Notes under the pieces: generated by a model
Databases searched by the model: none
Seen by the model: only the letters and a program-made list of their open reading frames with translations
What the model was told of the DNA's origin: nothing
Source of the DNA: Alkalilimnicola ehrlichii MLHE-1
GTDB taxonomy: Bacteria > Pseudomonadota > Gammaproteobacteria > Nitrococcales > Halorhodospiraceae
Length of the DNA stretch: 32,000 nt
Direction of reading: 5' to 3'
NCBI RefSeq assembly: GCF_000014785.1
Contig: NC_008340.1
Span: 1,710,001 to 1,742,000, forward strand
Part shown: positions 28,030 to 32,000 of the stretch, piece after piece
How the letters are laid out: each line of letters opens with the position of its first letter
Numbering within the stretch: the first letter of the stretch is position 1
Position numbers and translations under genes: made by a program

Positions 28030-28842
28030 TCAGTCGAACAGGCTGCGCACTCCTTCGCGGACCCGATCACGCACCTCACCGCGGGTCTCGCCGGCGGCGT
28101 CGTCGCGCGCGTCCTCGCCGGTACCGCGGATCTGGCGCGTCAGCCAGCCCGGCTCGTCATCGCCCGGGGCCTCGTCCCGACCCTCCTGCCTCTCGGCCAC
28201 CAGGTCCCGGTGGCGAACGTTCGGCGGTAGCGAGAAGGTGTGGTCCGGCAGGCTGTCACCGCTGAAGCCGCTCAGCTCCATGTCGCTGGAGCGCAGCAGC
28301 GTGTATTCCGACATGTCCACGCGGCCGATACCCACCACCTCGGCCTCCTGCTCGATGACCTCGAAGAGCTCGCCAATCCGTTGGAAGGCTTCGCCGATGT
28401 CCCGAAGACGGGCATCGTCCGTGAGCACCACCTCGTCCACGACCTCCCACTCGCCGGCCCAGCTATCGCCCTTCTCCAGGCGGTACCGCGCGCCGGTGAA
28501 ACCGGCCACCCGCACCTGCTCGTCCAACGGCTCCACCCGGACATCCTCGGCCGCGGAGCCCGTTTGCCCGGACAGATCCCGCAGCTGGTCGGCGTCGATG
28601 GCATACCAACCGTCATCGTCCCGGGCCACGACATAGGCCTGCCCGTCCGTGATCATCAGGAACTGACGCTCCGGGCCCGGAATACCGATGCGCAGGTTGT
28701 CCGCATCGCGGTACTCCACGGTGAGCTCGCCATCATCCGTCTGGTAAACGGCGCGGCTGTCGGCCAAAGCCTGGCCGCCGGCGAGCAGCAGCCAGGATGC
28801 GGACAATGTCGCGCCAAGGGTTAAGGTGACTGATCGTTGCAT
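28030..28842 (-). CDS. Secreted acidic protein of unknown function
   Basis: 270 aa. I chose ATG 28842, with a G7-containing purine tract just upstream. Signal peptide MQRSVTLTLGATLSASWLLLAGGQALA-DS. Beta-rich middle region and a highly charged Asp/Glu/Arg C-terminal tail. The ORF-track extension to 29169 has no coding features. Confidence 0.62.
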   Translation of the reverse strand: MQRSVTLTLGATLSASWLLLAGGQALADSRAVYQTDDGELTVEYRDADNLRIGIPGPERQFLMITDGQAYVVARDDDGWYAIDADQLRDLSGQTGSAAEDVRVEPLDEQVRVAGFTGARYRLEKGDSWAGEWEVVDEVVLTDDARLRDIGEAFQRIGELFEVIEQEAEVVGIGRVDMSEYTLLRSSDMELSGFSGDSLPDHTFSLPPNVRHRDLVAERQEGRDEAPGDDEPGWLTRQIRGTGEDARDDAAGETRGEVRDRVREGVRSLFD

Positions 28843-29327
28843 TTCCCCCCCTGGGTGTTTATTACAGGTGAAAAGGCCCTGGTTGGCCTGCCCCGGCATT
28901 GCGAGGGCAAGGCCGGCCAAGGGTGCAAACCTAACAGGTTCGTTACCCGCCGTCCCACCCCTGGGCGGCTCGTGGGACTTCCTGGGCACTTGTCCTGAGT
29001 GAGCATGATCCGGAACCGCTCTGGTTCCCTGGTACCCACAACGTTGCCGAGCACGTCGAACGGCGCTCAGGTTGAAATGCCCACCTCCGCCGTAGACAAA
29101 CGGGTCATCGAACCCGAATGCCGCGACGGCATCGCCACCGGTTCGGCCGCCTGCCGATAGCCAACGCACCCACTGTCATGCCGCAGCCAGCACGCATCGC
29201 GCAGACCAGCATTGCCAAAAAGCCATTCTCCATGGTGCTATTTCTACCTCCATTCAGAGTCCGGCCCTGGCACGCGTTCGCCTAAGGGCGAACGACTTGA
29301 GTCGCTTCCGGGAGGATCCCTGTCAGC

Positions 29328-30050
29328 ATGCCCCCACCTACCCTTTCCGTCATTATCCCGGCCTGGAACGAGGCCCGCGAGTTACCGGCCACCCTGCGCG
29401 CGCTGGAGGAGGCCATCAATGGGTCAGGCCTCAGCGTGGAGGTCATCGTGGTGGACAACGACTCCGAGGACGAGACGGCAGCGATCGCCCGCCAGGCAGG
29501 CGCCCGGGTGGTGCACGAGCCGGAACGGCGCATTGCCCGGGTGCGGAACCGGGGCGCTGAGTTCGCGACGGCTCCCTGGCTTCTATTCCTGGATGCGGAC
29601 ACCCGGGTGACCCCTGTTCACCTCCTTGCCGTGCGGGACGCGCTGTCGGGCGAATGGGCCGGCGGAGGTGTGCCCGTCGCCATGGATCGTCCCCTGCCCC
29701 GTTTTCCGGCGCTGGGGCTGTCCCTCTGGAACGCCCTGTCGCGCCGGTTCTCTCTGGCGGCGGGCTGTTTCTTTTTTGTACGGGCAGAGTTGCACCGGTC
29801 GGTGGGCGGGTTTCCGGAGCATGTGTATGCCGGCGAGGAGGTGGGGCACTCCCGGCGACTGCAACGCATCGCCCGGCAGCGGGGACTTCGCTTCGGCATC
29901 CTGGACGCTGAACCGGTGGTCACCTCCGGGCGAAAGCTGGACTGGTACGCCACTTGGCAGCACGCGCTGGTGGCACTGGTCTTCGTGGTCTTTCCTTGGG
30001 CGGGACGGTTCCGGCGGTTGAGCTGGTTCTGGTATCGCCGGCCGGACTAA
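29328..30050 (+). CDS. Family 2 glycosyltransferase (small, single-domain)
   Basis: LSVIIPAWNEARELPATL, VIVVDNDSEDET and LLFLDADT (DxD) are the GT-A/GT2 signature. 240 aa. Confidence 0.8.
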   Translation: MPPPTLSVIIPAWNEARELPATLRALEEAINGSGLSVEVIVVDNDSEDETAAIARQAGARVVHEPERRIARVRNRGAEFATAPWLLFLDADTRVTPVHLLAVRDALSGEWAGGGVPVAMDRPLPRFPALGLSLWNALSRRFSLAAGCFFFVRAELHRSVGGFPEHVYAGEEVGHSRRLQRIARQRGLRFGILDAEPVVTSGRKLDWYATWQHALVALVFVVFPWAGRFRRLSWFWYRRPD

Positions 30051-30139
30051 TGTGGATCGGTGCGCCGCGGCCGGGTCCCCGGTTGCCGCACTGCTGTGGC
30101 ACACTCCAGTCTGCACTTGGGTAAGGGAACATCGCGATT

Positions 30140-30745
30140 ATGGATTCATCGGCATTACCGGCAGTACGGATTGGCCTGGTGTCCGTCAGTGACCGGGCCT
30201 CCAGCGGTGCCTACGAGGACAAGGGGATCCCTGCACTGCGGCATTGGCTGGAGCAGGCGCTACGCAATCCGGTCGAATGGGAGACTCGGCTCATCCCGGA
30301 CGACCAGCAGACCATCAGCGACACGCTGACTGAGCTCGTCGACCAATCGTGCTGCAATCTGGTGCTGACCAGCGGTGGAACCGGACCGGCGCCCCGGGAC
30401 GTCACGCCGGAGGCGACCCTGGCGGTCTCGGACCGCGAGATGCCGGGCTTCGGAGAGCAAATGCGCCAGATCAGTCTCACCTTCGTGCCCACCGCCATCC
30501 TGTCACGGCAGGTGGCCGTCATTCGGGGCCAGGCCCTAATCATCAACCTGCCAGGGCAGCCCAAGGCCATCGCGGAAACCTTGAGCGGCCTGCCCGACCA
30601 TACCCCGCCGGTGCACGGCATATTCGCGGCGGTGCCCTATTGTGTCGAGCTGATCGGTGGCCCCTACATCGAGACCGATCCCGCGGTCTGCAAGGCCTTT
30701 CGGCCCAAGTCAGCGCGCCGGGACAAACCCGACGCGCGTCGCTGA
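30140..30745 (+). CDS. mogA: Molybdopterin adenylyltransferase MogA
   Basis: RIGLVSVSDRASSGAYEDKGIPAL, LVLTSGGTGPAPRDVTPEAT, MPGFGEQMR and LPGQPKAI match MogA/MoaB-family motifs across the length. Confidence 0.9.
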   Translation: MDSSALPAVRIGLVSVSDRASSGAYEDKGIPALRHWLEQALRNPVEWETRLIPDDQQTISDTLTELVDQSCCNLVLTSGGTGPAPRDVTPEATLAVSDREMPGFGEQMRQISLTFVPTAILSRQVAVIRGQALIINLPGQPKAIAETLSGLPDHTPPVHGIFAAVPYCVELIGGPYIETDPAVCKAFRPKSARRDKPDARR

Positions 30746-30869
30746 AGGACGCCTCGGGGGAACCCGATCTGGCAATATCCAGTCCAACTAGGACAACCAC
30801 CACGGCCAGTTTACAGAACCAGCCCCTCTCGAGAGGCTGGTGACCACGAGGCGATAAGCGAAGTGCTTT

Positions 30870-31184
30870 ATGGGACAGCGAACCATGCGAATTGAAATCC
30901 CCGGCGACCTCACGTTCTCGGATCTGCACCTGACCCGGGAGTCGGACGGGTCGGTGAGTTTCGACTGGACCGTGATCGAGCAGATCTGCGAGGCCAACGA
31001 CATCGCCCCGGAGGAGTTTATGGACCCACCGGAGGAGAACCTGGCCAACTTACTCATGGGGTGGTACTACCGGCACCGTGCGCTTGGCGGTGAGAGCGAT
31101 CCGGTTGCCGAGAGCCTGGCGACGGAGGTGGCCATGGAGGAGTTGTCCGGGCGCACCATCAGCCATCCACCGGGTCACGCCTGA
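30870..31184 (+). CDS. Hypothetical small acidic protein (orphan ORF)
   Basis: 104-codon ATG ORF (alternative ATG at 30885) in a locally AT-richer stretch. No clear SD and no motif recognised. It ends 14 nt before a 30-bp palindrome. Confidence 0.4.
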   Translation: MGQRTMRIEIPGDLTFSDLHLTRESDGSVSFDWTVIEQICEANDIAPEEFMDPPEENLANLLMGWYYRHRALGGESDPVAESLATEVAMEELSGRTISHPPGHA

Positions 31185-31198
31185 GCATGCGGGCCCAT

Positions 31199-31228
31199 GC
31201 CGTCGCTGCCCCCGGGGGCAGCGACGGC
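31199..31228. terminator. Perfect 30-bp GC-rich palindrome between convergent genes (candidate bidirectional terminator, no U-tract)
   Basis: GCCGTCGCTGCCCCCGGGGGCAGCGACGGC, with all 15 pairs checked by hand. It lies between the stop at 31184 (plus) and the stop at 31238 (minus). Confidence 0.5.
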
Positions 31229-31237
31229 CGCGGCGCT

Positions 31238-32000
31238 TCAAGTCACAGCGTGGGTCGGCTCGGCGAGGACGGAATCGAGGAACGCCAGTAGCTCGGGCAA
31301 TTCGGCATCGAGATGCCGGCTGAGGTCATGATCACCGGGTAGCAGGTGCAGCACAGCCGGGGTATCACCGCGGCTGGCAAGTAGCCGTTCGGCATCGCAC
31401 AGCGGAACCACCTGATCATCACGTCCGTGCACGAGCAGCACCGGGCAGCGGACTCGCGGCAGGGTGGTGACCGGGGCAATGGCATCAAAGCGGTGGCCGA
31501 TCACACGCTCCACATAGCGCAACACGTACCAGCCCACCGGGAAAAACGGCAGCCCCTTGTCCGCCAACCAGCGGCGCATCATGTCATCCGGACTGGCAAA
31601 GGCCGAAAGGCTGACTACCGCGGAGATGTCACTGCGCCGCGACGCGGCCAGCAACACGGCCGCAGCGCCCACAGAATGCCCCAGCAGTGCCACCGGCGCC
31701 TTGGCCATTCCGGGACGGGCCCGCACCCACGCCAGCGCCGCCTCGGTGTCCTCGGCGAACCGGGGCATGGAGGAGAAGGCATCGCCCTCGCTGTCCCCGT
31801 GGTTGCGCGCGTCGAACAACAGCACGTTCCAACCCGCCGCCTGTAACCGCTTGCCCAGCGGCAGCATCAGCTCGCGATTGGCCCCCCATCCGTGGGTGAT
31901 GACCACTGTGCCAGGCCCTTGGCCGGGCAGCCACCAACCCACCAGCGTTCTGGCCCTGTACGTGGGGATGCGCACCGTTTCGCCCACCACACCATGGTCG
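31238..32000 (-). CDS. Alpha/beta-fold hydrolase (partial; N-terminus probably outside window)
   Basis: HGWGANRE oxyanion region, nucleophile elbow GHSVGAA, Asp in HGRDDQVV, and His in PGDHDLS. The reading frame stays open to the right window edge beyond the GTG at 31990. Confidence 0.8.
   Translation of the reverse strand, partial: DHGVVGETVRIPTYRARTLVGWWLPGQGPGTVVITHGWGANRELMLPLGKRLQAAGWNVLLFDARNHGDSEGDAFSSMPRFAEDTEAALAWVRARPGMAKAPVALLGHSVGAAAVLLAASRRSDISAVVSLSAFASPDDMMRRWLADKGLPFFPVGWYVLRYVERVIGHRFDAIAPVTTLPRVRCPVLLVHGRDDQVVPLCDAERLLASRGDTPAVLHLLPGDHDLSRHLDAELPELLAFLDSVLAEPTHAVT

Noticed and set aside
28900-28960. Possible c-di-GMP-I (GEMM-I) riboswitch, because of AGGGCAA and GCAAACC strings
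   Set aside because: The two strings are separated and not in the CAGGGCAAACC context. There is no GAAA tetraloop/receptor pair and no convincing two-hairpin fold. The nearest plus-strand gene is about 400 nt away.
28843-29169. ORF-track N-terminal extensions of real genes: 28030..29169, 27486..28079, 10553..11068, 21293..22672, 3725..4486, 2245..3621 and 17819..18742
   Set aside because: In each case an internal ATG with a good Shine-Dalgarno sequence gives a protein that starts at the family-typical N-terminus or at a signal peptide. The extensions overlap neighbouring genes or have no coding character.
29268-29283. Sigma54-like promoter element TGGCACG upstream of the GT2 gene
   Set aside because: The -24 element is perfect, but the downstream GC dinucleotide is 9 nt rather than 10 nt from the GG, and the -12 box reads TTCGC rather than TTGC. 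Sigma54 promoters do not tolerate this spacing change. A similar TGGCAC at about 30097 upstream of mogA is out of register by 3 nt.
30051-30139. Moco riboswitch upstream of mogA
   Set aside because: The intergenic region is only 89 nt and lacks the conserved Moco-motif core, so it is too short for the ~140-nt element.

Overview
High-GC (roughly two-thirds G+C by eye) chromosomal window. The gene order looks gammaproteobacterial: a divergent orn/rsgA pair, ffs-dnaX-ybaB-recR, and motAB. I can support about 34 protein-coding genes, one SRP (4.5S) RNA, two strong palindromic terminators and a few candidate regulatory sites. I found no rRNA, tRNA, CRISPR array, transposase or integrase.

Left to right:
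- Phytochrome PHY-GGDEF diguanylate cyclase (5' end off-window), then an alpha/beta hydrolase with a Cys nucleophile elbow.
- rimO, a small outer-membrane barrel protein, an FAD oxidoreductase, orn, rsgA.
- motB-motA, with a divergent HDOD-GAF protein.
- HIT, recR, ybaB, dnaX, ffs, yidD.
- Rhodanese, a PilZ-like protein, long-form GAPDH, an MnmM/YtqB-like methyltransferase.
- A minus-strand stress-type array: tandem USP, LonC-type protease, TelA, XpaC-like membrane protein, periplasmic cupin.
- An N-terminally truncated PAS-GGDEF gene, katG, and two acidic secreted proteins of unknown function.
- A 485-bp non-coding stretch, a GT2 glycosyltransferase, mogA, a small orphan ORF, and an alpha/beta hydrolase that runs off the right edge.

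Most worth a second look:
- The tightly packed cupin / gap-filling ORF / XpaC-like / TelA / LonC-like / USP array beside katG. The protease and USP genes are translationally coupled.
- The density of c-di-GMP components around the flagellar stator genes.
- The truncated diguanylate cyclase.

All calls come from reading motifs by eye. No searches were run, so family assignments are recognition-based and the gene starts are my best choices.
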